A stretch of DNA of 64,000 nt, taken from positions 9,713,859 to 9,777,858 of the forward strand of contig NC_134036.1 in NCBI RefSeq assembly GCF_964204645.1, written 5' to 3'. Of the stretch, positions 12,010-25,232 are shown one piece after another. This DNA comes from Tubulanus polymorphus (taxonomy: Eukaryota; Animalia; Nemertea). Position 1 is the stretch's first letter; every line of letters begins with the position of its first letter. The position numbers were made by a program, and so were the translations under genes. Under the pieces are notes generated by a model. That model was not told the origin of the DNA and ran no database searches. It saw only the letters and a list, made by a program, of their open reading frames with translations.

Positions 12010-14465
12010 TTATTCAGGCTTTTTACAGATTTGACATTCACGTATACAAGTACCTTCATTTGAGTATTTCTTGATCCGCAAGTGCATTTTCTGGCAACTT
12101 TGGTGAATTTTGCTGAATTTTTTTGCTGATTTTGTAGAATACAAAATTTCGTGAACATTAATTTCGATTCGTGAACATTAATTTTGCTTTCTGAACCTTA
12201 TTTCTTACACAGGAATAGATTCTTTTATCCGCATTCATGCTAGCATGTTTGCTCTCTATCCCCTGTTCTCTAAAAATTCCCAGCGACTTCCATGTTCTTA
12301 CAAAATCTGGAACATGGTATATCAAAGCATGGAGCTTGGGGGTTATTGTTTCGTTTGGAAAATTCGCGGGGAACCATATACCAAAATCTCTACACAGTTC
12401 ATCCAGTTTATCAATTTCAGCTTGTGAAAGAAAACGGCATGCAGTATACAATGAATAAAGTTCTTCAAACTTTTCGAATAATTGCAAAAGTACCCTTTTC
12501 TCATCTGGATATGCGCCTAATACTGAAATCAGTTTTTTGGATTGTTTATGTTTTTGTTCGCATCTACAAGGAATAGCTTATGAATATGGTTCCCTACGAA
12601 CGAATTCGAGTGATATGCTTGGCGATCGCACCCGATAATAGCATTCAAATTTTTATTCAGATCGAGTTGCAATGGGCCCATTTGTGTTTGAATTTGTGCA
12701 TAGATTTCTGAAAGTTTCTTTTTTCGGGGAGCAAGTTGTATATTAATTGATGGGATAACTATGTCTTTCAGTTTCATCATGTACGATTCTTGTTCTTTGA
12801 GGAATTTTGCAGCGGTGACAAACTTTGTTGCGCCTGATGCACAATCTACGCACTGAAAATGGGTAATGAAATCTAGAGACGAATTGACACACGATACGTG
12901 ATACGGATTATCACAGGTGAAACAGTAACAAAACTCGCCCGACGGATTAGGAATGTCCCGAATCACACATATCGGTGCACCATATCGAAATGGAGTTGAA
13001 CGATGCTTTTTGGCCTTTTTAAGTAATTCGATTGTTGTCTGATAATCTCTCATTTTTTCTTTCTTTTCCGTCAGTTCATTTTCTAGTAATGAAACTTCCT
13101 TAGACGCGCTCTGCCATTTTTCCCACAATTGTGGATCTCGATTATTCAATGTTTTCTCGTCTAATGCTTGACATCTTTTTTCGAGGATTTCAAAGAAATT
13201 GAGACCGAGACCTAATGAAATATGTAACGGGGGATAACCAGATGATCCATGTCAAATGGCTGAAATAGCATTCTTCCATTTATGCTAAATGACTTAGGTC
13301 CGACGACATGAGGATTACCTGTGATATGGTTTGCGTTTTCTATGTAATGCTGAATATCCCGCAGTTGGTATCGTTTAACATGCGGGCTGTGAGGTTCGCC
13401 ATTTTTTTCCTTAAGTCCTCGAGTGGAATCATGCACCACAGGCAAGGAAAATATGCCGTGGAGCCTTGGTGCCCCATCAGCTGACACAAATAATGGATCT
13501 CGCCATTATAAAAAACTCTATACGCACGGTTTATGCCATCGATGCAAACGTTTTCATTACTCTGAATATTTTCAAGTTGGTCTCTAAAACGGCCGAAGAT
13601 CAATCTCAGATTTTCAGTTGTATCAACTGCCTCGAAATACCCTATCAATTCCAAAAAAATCTGGACTATTTGGACTCGGTCCATTGATAATTGAAAATAC
13701 CATCTTTGTACTGCCGTCCTTATCAACACCTACTTTTAACCAAATCTCATTATGAAAATGTTGGGAATGAATAAGCGAATAGTTTGAATTTAGTTTCTGC
13801 ACGCTGTTTTCGACAGATCCAATTACGTCGTTTACAATTACAAATGGCGCTGATTTCTTTTCATGACTCCTTGAGGATATCTCCATCTCCTCAGTTCCCG
13901 TGACAATGAATGGAAGAAAATTTGCAGTTCTACCTTGCAGTTCTTTTCGGATCTAATTAGCTGATGGGAATATAGGAATTCGAAAGTTAGTTGCGAGGCG
14001 TTTCAAATCTAGAAGTTGCTTCATAGAAAGCCGTAGAGCTAGTTTGATTTCGGTTGCTTCAGCACTAGTCAGTGTTCGGAATAAATTGTAATTTGCGTAC
14101 TGTAAGGCTTTGGATAGCAACTGTGGGTAACGACTTATCATATGCCCCAATGCAAATGCAGTTTCATCATCTTCCCGCGGGCAAGATGATAATATTTCGC
14201 ATACAGTTTTAATTTTAGTAGCTCTTTCATCAAGTGTCCTTGTTTTAGCTTTGCTGGATTGAATTGTTGGGGTTTCTAATTTACAGTAGGAAGCAGCTGA
14301 CATTGGATGATTGAGTTTACTGCCTTTAAAAACACCAGTTTTTTCATCACTCGTTTTAACTTCAATGATCTTATTGTCTTGGCTCAATTCAGTAAATTTA
14401 TCTATTTGACCTTGAAGCTTGAGAACTATTAACGAACTGCCATCCTGTTTGAAGGTTGTGAATAC
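12010..14465 (-). pseudogene. Decayed Chapaev-type (RAG1/Transib-like) transposase with PHD insert
   Basis: Frameshifted ORFs 13953-14387, 13623-13886, 13340-13729, 13212-13487, 12529-13149 and 12158-12487 align in order with the 841-aa ORF (EIWLKVGVDK, LMGHQGSTAYFPCLWC, DRQAYHSNSFVGNH, ITPKLH..HVP, EQGIESKH). Confidence 0.92.
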
Positions 14466-17400
14466 CTAAATTGGAGATTGAGATTCTTAGTAAATATTTC
14501 ATTTCACATCATTTTATATCATATATTATAAAGTACAATCTATTTTGTTTGAAATATATGTATAGCATAAGACTTCTGAGTTTGAACATTTCATTTTTAA
14601 GTTTTAATCATCAAAGAAAACGATACTACCAACATAACACATGCCCATTTTGAAAGGGGTACATGTATAGATCATATATCAAGATGATCCATTGAAGCAA
14701 CTTCATTTGGCCATCTTGATTCCGATCAGACCAGTTTTTAGGCAGAAGAACTATCAGTGTAGATATACATTCAAAAAATATCAAGAAAATCTAGTGGAGG
14801 GTCTTCAAATCTAAAGAAAATAACTTCATTCCTTCTACGGATGAATGGATGACCAAACATACAAAAATGAAATGCAAAAGCTAGCTGGCATTTAAGTCCC
14901 AAGTGGGCTACTTGTTTTGTCTTATTAATCGACTGCACTGTATATGTGATAAGGGTAATGGCTATGGCTTATCTGTTCAACATTACTCACTATCGATTGT
15001 TATTTCATCCAATCGACGACCGCTGTACTTGTTCACAGATCCATTTTCTACTGCCACCAACAGACGTGTGACTTAAGTTTTCTCAAGAACAGAACTTTGC
15101 AGGCGATAGACATCCGTATGGATATTAACATTGTGCCCCATATGGTCACATACCATAGCTAGCTCATTATGTGGCATATCGAGCAACTACAAAGAAGAAG
15201 GTTACAAATTGTTGCTCAGAATAATAATAGTTTCATAAACTAAGGTTCAAACATTCATATAAATGCTCATCATGATGATGATTAAGAAACCTTTCTCGCA
15301 TAAAAAAAATCATATTTACGTAGCTGAAAAAATAGATGTGACAAAAGGGACTAAAAATCTATCTAAATACTATCTAAATCTAATACTGCTTAAATTTGAC
15401 AGCCAATTTCCAATTTGCAGTAAGATTATGGTCACTAATATCCCTTTCTGACGCTAGATAGAATCAGCAAGGTCATTTTCGGTGCAGCAGAAATACGTAT
15501 GCATTTCCAGCGCGAACATACGTGGTCCTATTTTTATCTCCCGTTCATTAGAATGCCGGCCAACGATGCACCATATTCGAGGTATGCTACCTGTACTGAT
15601 TTTTTCTAGCACTTCACGTCCTTTGAAATCTAGACAAGAAAGGAACTCTAGGGTGATAAGCTTTGCAGTTGTAGCTTTGTCATAATTAAAACCAAGACAA
15701 TATATATCGTATACCATTCATCGCTGTAGCGGGACAGCGATTCGTCTAACATTCGCTCGAATGAGAAGTCCTACTCAAAAGTTTTGTCAAGTTCAATGTG
15801 TGACCATTGTTCAATGCTATATCCTTGGAAAGATGCACCTACTCTCAGAGTCCCGGTTCAAAGGGTCTCACCTACTCTCAGGGTCCCGGTTCTTGTATTA
15901 TTTTCTTCCTCCTCGTGTACTCTTCCTACCCAGTGACATTGTTGCCGATCCTGATGTTTTGAAATGTAAGCAACAACAAACTTCTTTTGAAACATTGAAA
16001 GCATCAACTTTGTGATCCGAGGATCGTTCTCTTTTGGCTCATTTGCTAGTTGCTATATCTTTCTAAATCTCGCCTTTTCGCCAACCGTCGGGTGGCCCCA
16101 ATGCCGCTATAGACCGAATGCCGCCATAGACCGAAGATTTCGCTGTGGAAATAGTAAACGCTTTCCATTTCACTAAACGTTTCGAGAATGATTAGTCGTC
16201 CATTTTGCTCGTGTCGTCCACAATTCTTGCACGCCGGTGTAAAAACCTCGTATTTCCTTTCTCCCTATTCACTGTCGATTACCCTGTTGAAAATTGATTC
16301 CAGCTTTAAACTGGCCGAATACCATAGGCCTATACTTAGCAGGGATGAAACGCATGTGAAAGAAACGTAAACATTTCGGAAAATTATGCTTTAACAAAAT
16401 TGTAGTTATTGACATGTTGTATGATTGTGGTGAGTTTTAAGGTCATCGCTTTCTATATGATTTCAAATGTTAACCAAGGTGTGTTGAATATCGGAATTTT
16501 CTGTTGGGCATTTCAAACCATTGGCGTGGTGTCTCTGGACCTCTTAGATTAAATTGAAATCCTAGTGGAGGTTCTTTCACGAAAAAAAAAATGTTGTACT
16601 AACGATTTAACTGATGTTCTATTCATTGACGGATGATATCATACTAGCAATAGCCCTAGTATGAAATGAGAACATAACAAAAAATGGAACATAAATGATA
16701 CAAGTAACCAGACGAATGCAAAATGTGTTTACAAAGGTTTTACAATAGTTATATGGCAGCTCTACATTGATCCGAAATTTACCTTGTTTCTCATCAAATC
16801 TCCCTTAGCCTAAGCCATGTCAAGGGCAAAATATGGTCATTTTCTGGAGTTTTTCTTAAAGAAAAAAGTTCATTGGTTCTCAAGGATTCTTTAGTTTTGT
16901 CTTCCTAGTACATGGAGGTCATTCATTTATTACGTACGCATGAGGGAGGAGGGTAGGGGTCAATGCAATTGCGTATGCAGGCGTGCCGCTACCGCCCCAA
17001 CTACACACACTTTTTGACAGAATAAAATAGAACATAATAGAATGAAATAATCGAAATTAGCTTGGATAGAAGTTTTTGAAACACGAATTATTATTCATAA
17101 TTTAGTTAGCTGACTATCTTTTGTCCTTGTACTGAATGATATGTTGGTCCCCTCTTTTGTTCATCTTTTGCGTGAAAAACCACATCATGCAGGCCATTCC
17201 ATTTGCTTTTGTGAATTTTTCTCTCATGCACGATATAAGGGAATTGCTTCACTATTTTTGCTTTGCATGTGTTTTTAAATATTATAAAGTTAACACAGTA
17301 GAGGGTCTTTCTTCAAGCAGAAATTTTGCTATATTTGTCGTAACCTGTCCCCTAAATATGGCCTGGTCGCATTTTGCCCCGAGACACGGAAAGTTAAACG

Positions 17401-19544
17401 TGCAGTTATTTTTGTCATGTCCCGCTGTGTACATCCTAAACATTTATGTATCGAGTCGACCGCATGTTAACAATCAGCGGAAAGCCTATAAAAGTCAGGG
17501 AAATTGTTTCGTTATCACAATTCTTCAAAACTCATCATCAACATCCGTCAATCTCGAATAAGTGTGATCTAGTATATCATTAGGGCTGCGTTTCTTTTTT
17601 CGTATTGTTAGTTTGGTTGTGGGTCCATGATCCCTTTCCGATATTCGTCGACAGAACGGTTGCGCTTGTACTGAAAATCATTTCTCCAAGAGATCGTAGT
17701 TTTGATCGAATCGCCGTCCTGTCATGGTTAGTTTGTCTGCTTCTGTGATATAAACCTTTACGTTCAAGGTATTTCCAGCCCAGCTCGACGGGAAAACGGA
17801 CGCTCCGAGGAACACTAGCTTCTTGGCTACTGAATTCGCGTCAGCGTTGTTCAATATGTGTATTGTTGACGCCAGACGGCCAGCTGAAGTCTTTGCGTAG
17901 ATCACATTATTCGGCAGTGAAACACTGATCGATCTATTCGCCGACTCGCTGTTATTTGTTAGTGTTAATGCGATCGGTATCACCAACACGTCTTACGTCC
18001 ACCTCCACATAAAACCTCTTCTTCCTACAATTCCAACAGTCTCCGCAACTACACCGAATGAAAACGTCAATGACACGTGGTAGTTTTTCCTTATGATTTC
18101 AATGTTACCAGCATATTGGCAGAGCAACTCATTGTATACGCATGTGACATAGACTTATAACGACAAGCGCCAACATCTTCCTTGCTTGTTGTTTATCGGC
18201 ATCGACACGAAATATATCATCGGAATAGTTGGCCTTCATACCTGTGCGGAATTGGCTCTGTCCTAAGTGCACGGTGTCGGCCAATCGGTCAATTGCATCG
18301 CTAGTCTCTTGATAGCCTTCTTCGCACTGGCCCCTCCACTTGTTGCGTACTTGAGGCGCAGACCTAACTCTCTGAGATCGCCGCCTATTTGCTGTCCTAT
18401 TGCCCTCTTGCTGAGGGGTTCATGAGGCGCCCTGTTGCTAGTACAGTTGGGGTGTCCTACTGGATGGGACCTCTTGTCCTTTATTACGCAGCCGTTACCG
18501 GTTGGACAGAGTTTTGTCTGTTGGGGGCTCCGACGATCACGTTTTTGTCGGATTGGTCCGCGCGGAAGATACGAATTGATTGAGATGCATTTTGTCCCAT
18601 ATTTTGTAGTCCGGTGATAATTATGCTATTCTATCGACAATCGACGTGTGATGATTTGGCCTGCTCCTGGTGGTGCTTGGCTTTCTGTAGTAACACCTGT
18701 CTGAATGGTGTGTACTGAATGGGGAGCCCCTATGAGAAATGAGGCTTCTGGCCACATACCTTTGTTGGCAACTGACTGCTGCGGCTTAAACTGTGGCATT
18801 TCTGTAATCTAAACAAAGATATATTGCATTTATATCCAATAAACACCTTGATAATCGTGAAGACTCCCTAGCACATAATGTTAATGTTCCTTCGTGGTAG
18901 ATGCCTTTGCCATATTTTAAGGTGGAGAAAGAGACGAATCCTTCTTCCAGTTTCATTGGCAATCCATCGGCTGTGGTTTGGTTATATATACCTTTTCGTG
19001 AGCCGGTTTCCGGATTTTGAGGTTTATCTCGAAATCGCATTTTCCTGAGTTTACTCGAAACTTTTTTTCCTGAAACAAGTCCTAAGAAAAACACAAATTC
19101 AATATGTGTAAAGTTTAACAAGTTATCACTAGGCATCATGTATCAGTAGGCTTTCTTATCCAAATGTATGGATAGGAAAGCCATGGGAAAGTGAAGGTGG
19201 GTCCATTTTAAAAACATAGACTTAGCTAATGATAATGAGTGGTACTAACCATTGTGTCATTTGGGTCAATAGGAATTTGATTAATAACTCTGGACGTTTA
19301 TTATTCATAGCAACCATTGTTTTTTCTAACCCGTGAAGTGGTTGTAATTGTCCAGGCAATAGTTTTATTACCCTAATACTATATTTATCAAGTCCACAAT
19401 TAAATTTTCATTGAAAAGGATTCGAAGGATCCGACTTCAAAGCGGAGGCTAATTTTTTCTGTTTATTATTCATGAAAAAAGGTATTTTACCTGCACTTTC
19501 TTTGTCCTCAGCGATCTCCTCCTAATGTGTCCCCTTCACAACAA

Positions 19545-19830
19545 CTAGTTGTCCATTTTGCCACTCGCATGTGCTGTCTGGTAATCTATAGTATTGCCTG
19601 TGCACCTTGATATCATAACCCATGGTCTTTCATATTCAATATCTGTGACATTGAACTGTAATGTCACTTTGAAAATCTGTACCACTTGTTATTACCACTG
19701 AATTCTCGACAAGTTGTTGTGCCAGAAAGTTCTGCTAGTAGTTGGTGTGTAACTACTTTTTTGACCAATGGTGTTGACGGGCTTGTTCATTTGGGTTGTC
19801 CTCAGCTTTCTCCTTTCTGAGGGTAATATA
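19545..19830 (-). pseudogene. Decayed tyrosine recombinase C-terminal fragment (Crypton-like)
   Basis: Minus strand reads MSQILNMKD and MGYDIKVHRQYYRLPDST; same family as 51660-52604. Confidence 0.6.
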
Positions 19831-20479
19831 AGTTATAACAAGTTTTCTTATACGACCACACTCCTTCCTTATTTTCTTCTTCTTAGCGTAACATATCGCC
19901 CAACCCTCTTTTTGTACACTCTAACTTCAAAACCTTATACTTATACACTAATTTGTACGTTCCTCACATTCCTGAACCATTTCCTCACCCGATTCTAACC
20001 TTAACCTATTTGGTATTTTCAATACCCACTACTTCCATTATACTCCGTCCTGATCCACGTTAACAATTCCATAAAAATTCCTTTTATTTTAGATATAGCT
20101 ACTAAATGACCTTCCGTCTTTCTCACTAACTTCCAATTAATCAGAGCCATTTACCTTCAGTAGTGATTTAATAATATTCGTCACCTAAATTGGTTGTATG
20201 ACATTCAAAGAAACTGGGTCTGTAAATCACTTCTTTTTGGGTCTGCTGAATATCAAATAAGTCTGGATCGGCGTACATTTTCCTTAACCATTTAACAAGT
20301 GGCGTCAAAGTAGGTGTATGAAAAATGAGGCATGAGGCACTAGTAGGTAGTTATGGGATCTTGAAGACCACGATAGTCTGAATGGGGTATCGATTGTTCC
20401 CAGATTCTGAACCGGTGAAATATGAAACATCAAAACGCTACTGATTTCCTAATTATCAATTCTTTTCAGCAGTCTCGTG

Positions 20480-20943
20480 CGTTTAAGAAGAACCTGATTG
20501 CGCACAGGGCTATAAGTTCGACAATCTTCATTCATGATCGCATGTTTACTATATATATGTGTATCTGAGTTCTTGGAGTTATTGTCGAGCCGGTAAATTT
20601 AGTTGGAAACCATCTGACAAAATCATGACGGTGATGTTTCAAGCTGTTTATCTCGTCTTGAAGAAAGCGATATGCTGTTTACAATGCATTGAATGTCACT
20701 GAATTTTGTGTGAAGTGTAAGTATTTTAACTTTTTCTGATGGGAATTCATCCAAAACACTCAATAACTTCAAGGGATTGTTAGAATGGGCATGAATCTTC
20801 AATAACATGTGTATATGATTACCATTAAAACTATTAGACTGCCAAACATGTGTATATGATTTCAATTAAAACTATTAGACTGCCAGGCAATACCAATTTT
20901 CGTGCAACTTATTATCAAGGGCTCTTTGTATAGGATCCATATT
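20480..20943 (-). pseudogene. Decayed Chapaev-type transposase C-terminal fragment
   Basis: MDPIQRALDNKLH..IGI and QSNSFNGNHIHMLL..NNPLKLLSVL match MGPLQSALNEKLHEIGI, SFNGNHINKLL and NNPVKLLSVL of the 841-aa ORF. Confidence 0.8.
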
Positions 20944-20944
20944 A

Positions 20945-23604
20945 CGGTTCCTGAACTTCGCTGAAAAAGCTGAAACACTGAAACGCTGAATCGCTGAAAT
21001 AAAAACGCTGAAATTTCAGGGAATTTCCGAAAAACGCCGAAATTTCAGGGAATTCCCGAAAAACGCTGAAATCGTGCTAGGTACCGACAATACACGTTTT
21101 GAAATAATTTCCGGGCCGGTATCCGCTGCCGAGTCCTGAACCGTCTTTTATTCTCCACCTTCGGTTACAGAGACATGCATGGGCAGTATGTGTGGAGTAT
21201 ACTTCTAGAGGGCCACTTGTGGAACAAATTAATTCGCTTGAAATCCGGATTTTTAATGCATACAGGCAGCATGATGAGGAAAACCCATTCACAAACCGTG
21301 CAAGCCAACTTAAACACTATGCTCAATATTCCAAGAATATGGTTTAGTTCTATCGTTCATGTATAAAACAGGATTATAAGCAACTTTTCTTTTGTCAACA
21401 CGTTGATGGGCGACGGACTATGGTATTCTCTGAAGGAGGTAAATTAAATTTGACAGCTAGTTATATAAATGATGCAGCTTTTGGACAAAAGGGATCTAAC
21501 TAAATTTCTTTTTAATTCACCGTGGAATGGAATGGATTGACGCCAATGACATGCAGTAGGCCCCTACTTATAGGTCATACTAATTAGCGTCAACCAATTA
21601 ATCTAAATCGGGCAAACCATTCAACAACTGTAATTTATTTGCTGTGTTGTGATAATAATAGGTTTTTTTTTTAAATGACATACCAACTGTTAGAAAAATG
21701 TACCGATTCTTATTTTTAGACTACTACGGTATCTATAAAAGGAGGAGTCATAGATAAAGTTGATTTGCTCAGCTGGACACACTTCTTGTCAAGTACATCA
21801 TCTCAAGTATTGGGTGTTTTGTAAGTTTGATTTCAGTATTTATTTACTAAGTGCTGTTCCCTCGGACCTCAGTGCTTTCAAACTAGGCCCACCCCATAGG
21901 CTATATCTCCAGAGTGTGTTAGCCACTATTATTTTATTTCCTACTTTAAATGCACTTTTTTTCTATTTTTAGACTCGGGCTAAGAATGTGCAAATTTGAG
22001 ATACTGAGAAATCAGATGGCACTAGTTAAATTGAACTGCGAAATTTGCAGCAGGATAGCTGAACGACACAATTTTTAAAAACAAAATGGCTATTCGAATG
22101 CTATTTCAGTAATAACTTGATTCAACCAGAGAGAAATGTCAATTGGGGATGTACAGTACACCCACTTTACTTCCCCGTTTTCCTGGTACCAAATTTTTTA
22201 TCTTAAGCTAAGCAATATTCTAAGGTATGCTAGTGAATTTCATTAGAATATAAAGCAATGGAACCAGAATTCAAGCCCGAGTTAAGCGAACTATTGATTC
22301 TGATATAATGTAAGAACTGATTTCTTTTGTGTATTCTTGTAGAATGTGTTAAGTATTATTTTAAGCTGTTAAATAATATAATTAGACAAACGTCAAATTA
22401 TTGGATCTTTCTTGTTGACTCGTTTAATTTTGTGAGTTTTGAGTTCCAGTCAATCCACAATGTGCAGTGCCTAGCCTTCATCTAGTACTAAAGCCAAGCC
22501 CGTGTATGGGAAAACGTTGTTCGACTCTCATAAGCCAGACAAATAAAAACTTGCAATACATTGCAGATAGTAGTCTCCAGCAAGTAGACAGAGAAAGTAA
22601 ACTAGGTTTTACCCCGTACCCTACCCGGCATCTTCACCTGTCAAGGGATTCGAACCCACTACACTAAAGCTGTTCTCCGAACCGCTTGACCTCGAGTCGT
22701 TACTAGCCGACCAGAATCAGGTCGGGCCAATCACAGCGCTTGTTACAAACGACATTTGGCATCTATGGAATTTCCCGGTAAATGGACCAATCAGCGAACA
22801 CGTAGCGAAAACGGAAGTATTGTCGCGTGTTGATATATGACGTCATTCGCTAAAACGCCGGTAATGAAATCGCGCGTCGTGAGGCCAGGGGGCAGGTGGA
22901 AGCGAGTTTGGGAGCGATACTGGTCTCCTGGCAAGCGAGGATACCTATCCGGGAACGAAAGACACTCCAAGACTCCTTCCTTGAAGAGATTGTAGAAATA
23001 GTGCACCCAATCGTAGTAATGCTAAGTACAGTATACTATGACGGTTGAACCTTTATTCACACCAAAATAGAATCAAAGTAGTCATAAGTTCAATGATAGC
23101 ACTTAATTTGGGTTATCAGGTTCAGCCTTACTAGCTGTACTTTCATTCAGCTACTACTTTTGTATGAGACTTGGCAATGATAAGTTGGAAGAAATCACCA
23201 AATATAAGAAAAAATATTGAGAATTAATATTACTGTAATTAAGAATTTATTCAAATGAAGTGATAATTTCATTGTTAGATCGTACCGGTATATGCGCATA
23301 AAACAAAAAACACATCTAACAATCCACGCAATCCGCAATCGATCAAGTCGAACATGACGACGATCTCAAGGCATGTCTCTGTAACCGAAGGTAGAGTCTA
23401 AAAGACGGTTCAGGACTCGGCAGCGGACACCGGCCCGGAAAGAATTTCAAAACGTGTATTGTCGGTACCTAGCACGATTTCAGCGTTTTTCGGGAATTCC
23501 CTGAAATTTCGGCGTTTTTCGGAAATTCCCTGAAATTTCAGCGTTTTTATTTCAGCGTTTCAGCTTTTCAGTGTTTCAGTTTTTTCAGCGAAGTTCAGGA
23601 ACCG
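20945..23604. mobile_element. Non-autonomous DNA transposon with ~230-bp TIRs (MULE/Foldback-like)
   Basis: 20945-21178 and 23371-23604 are near-perfect inverted repeats rich in GCTGAAA subrepeats. Flanked by the 9-bp duplication TCCATATTA (20936-20944 and 23605-23613). Confidence 0.85.
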
Positions 23605-23612
23605 TCCATATT

Positions 23613-24188
23613 AGTAATAGGGGTTTAGTTGTTTCATACCAAAGATCGAACGGTCGAGCCCATTAAAAAACAAAATATTAAAAGTAATTAAAAAACTATA
23701 ATATATTTTCATAACCGTGTGTATTTCATATTAAAACTAAATATTTATTCTAAGATATTAATAATATAAAAAGCATATTGTATTAAATCAATTGGTCGCT
23801 CCGCTTCGCTACCGCTCCGCTCCGCGACTAATTGATTTAATTACAATACACAAATTTATATAATCAAATATATTCAAATGATAATAATTATTCTATTGTT
23901 CAACTGAAATACACACGGTTATGAAAATATATTATAGTTTTTTAATTACTTTTAATATTTTGTTATTAATGAACTCGATCATTAAACCTTTGATATGAAA
24001 CAACTAAACCCCTATTACTCTTAAAATATTCACATATATGAATAACATTTAAATCATTGAACTTCTAAAATCAATTTTAATAAAAAATATAGTATTAAAA
24101 TGGAAGCAAATAAATACTACTGCCCAACATGTAATATCGATATAGACAAGTCTCAAAAAGCAAGACGCAATAAAACTATAACACATTT
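23613..24188 (+). repeat. Left TIR (576 bp); 23613-24019 is an internal imperfect palindrome
   Basis: Reverse complement of 41676-42221 apart from a few substitutions and a 30-bp indel; includes the first ~30 codons of polB. Confidence 0.95.
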
Positions 24189-24273
24189 GTTTTTAGTCCA
24201 GTTGGTTAAAGCAAAGACATTTATCGAATTAAGGAACTCAACACATAGTGAAAAATACGTTGAATCGTTATAA
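24100..24273 (+). pseudogene. 57-aa chimeric ORF: polB N-terminus plus the C-terminal tail of an HNH paralogue
   Basis: MEANKYYCPTCNIDIDKSQKARRNKTITHL followed by FLVQLVKAKTFIELRNSTHSEKYVESL*. Confidence 0.65.
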
Positions 24274-25232
24274 ACACCTGATAATACTCAGCTATATAGT
24301 TGGTTGTATTAACTCTAGTAAACATATGTTACCAGCTTATATTTCAATTGTAAAGAGTTAATTAATTTCATTAATCTAAATGCTTTTATTATTGTTTTTT
24401 TCAACTTCAACACGTTGTGTATACAGCGAACGTAGCGAATCACAAATCTCATAATTTACAAGTCTCAACACGCTTGTTCTAGATGTTTATACTAGAACAT
24501 GATTCTATTTGAGCCTATATACATTCAATGTACAGAGCCATAGAATAAATCTATAAATTCGCAGCTGTTACAGTTGTTACTATAACAACGAGATATTATG
24601 ACTCATAATATTACAAACTGTGCTGGAACACTCTAGAACCGGAACTAGATGACGTGGTATAATCAACGACGTGTCATTCTAGAAATCGCCCCGGAAATGG
24701 ATATACGCTGTAATATTGTGCTCAGGATATTCTATCTTTCGAAACGAAATTAGGAGTTTATAGTTTACAATTATAAATCTAAATGTAAGTACTGTTTGTT
24801 GTAGTTATTAAGGCTATTAAATACGAAACCTTTAGATATATTTAAGCGTATTTAGAATATCTTTTAGATTGCTAGAGTTACCGCTAATATCTTTTAGGTT
24901 AATAAAACGTCATACACATCAAGAAGCGATAGAGAAACTCAAGATACTCTTTCTGCCTGAGGAATCAACAGCAATGGATATCAAACCAATAGAAATTAGC
25001 ACAAGAAACACAAGAATCGCCAAAAGATCGTCGAAGAAACTATATAAGAATTTCAAAAACATTAAGACTCCAATGATTAAGTTTAACATTTGTTGATGTA
25101 GTTAAATATTTACCAGCAATTGAAAAAATGTTTGTAATTATAAATTGTATTTATAGAAATCAAATGATGTGTTGGAAGAAACGGCCGAACAACTTGTATA
25201 ATGTATTGTGTAAATCTGATTGATGAATTTTT

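Noticed and set aside
17640-18400. Possible second decayed Polinton integrase fragment (NYSDDIFRV-like, minus strand) and the 103-aa ORF
   Set aside because: The similarity is too short and frameshifted to support without a search.
21180-21440. Captured host exon inside the TIR element
   Set aside because: An ~85-codon frame with one stop and a GT donor, but no recognisable homology.
22620-22720. tRNA gene at GGGATTCGAACC
   Set aside because: Only a B-box-like motif; no cloverleaf could be built.
24869-25096. 75-aa ORF in the Polinton left arm
   Set aside because: Non-ATG start, no TAAATG and no motif; possibly a decayed gene but unsupported.
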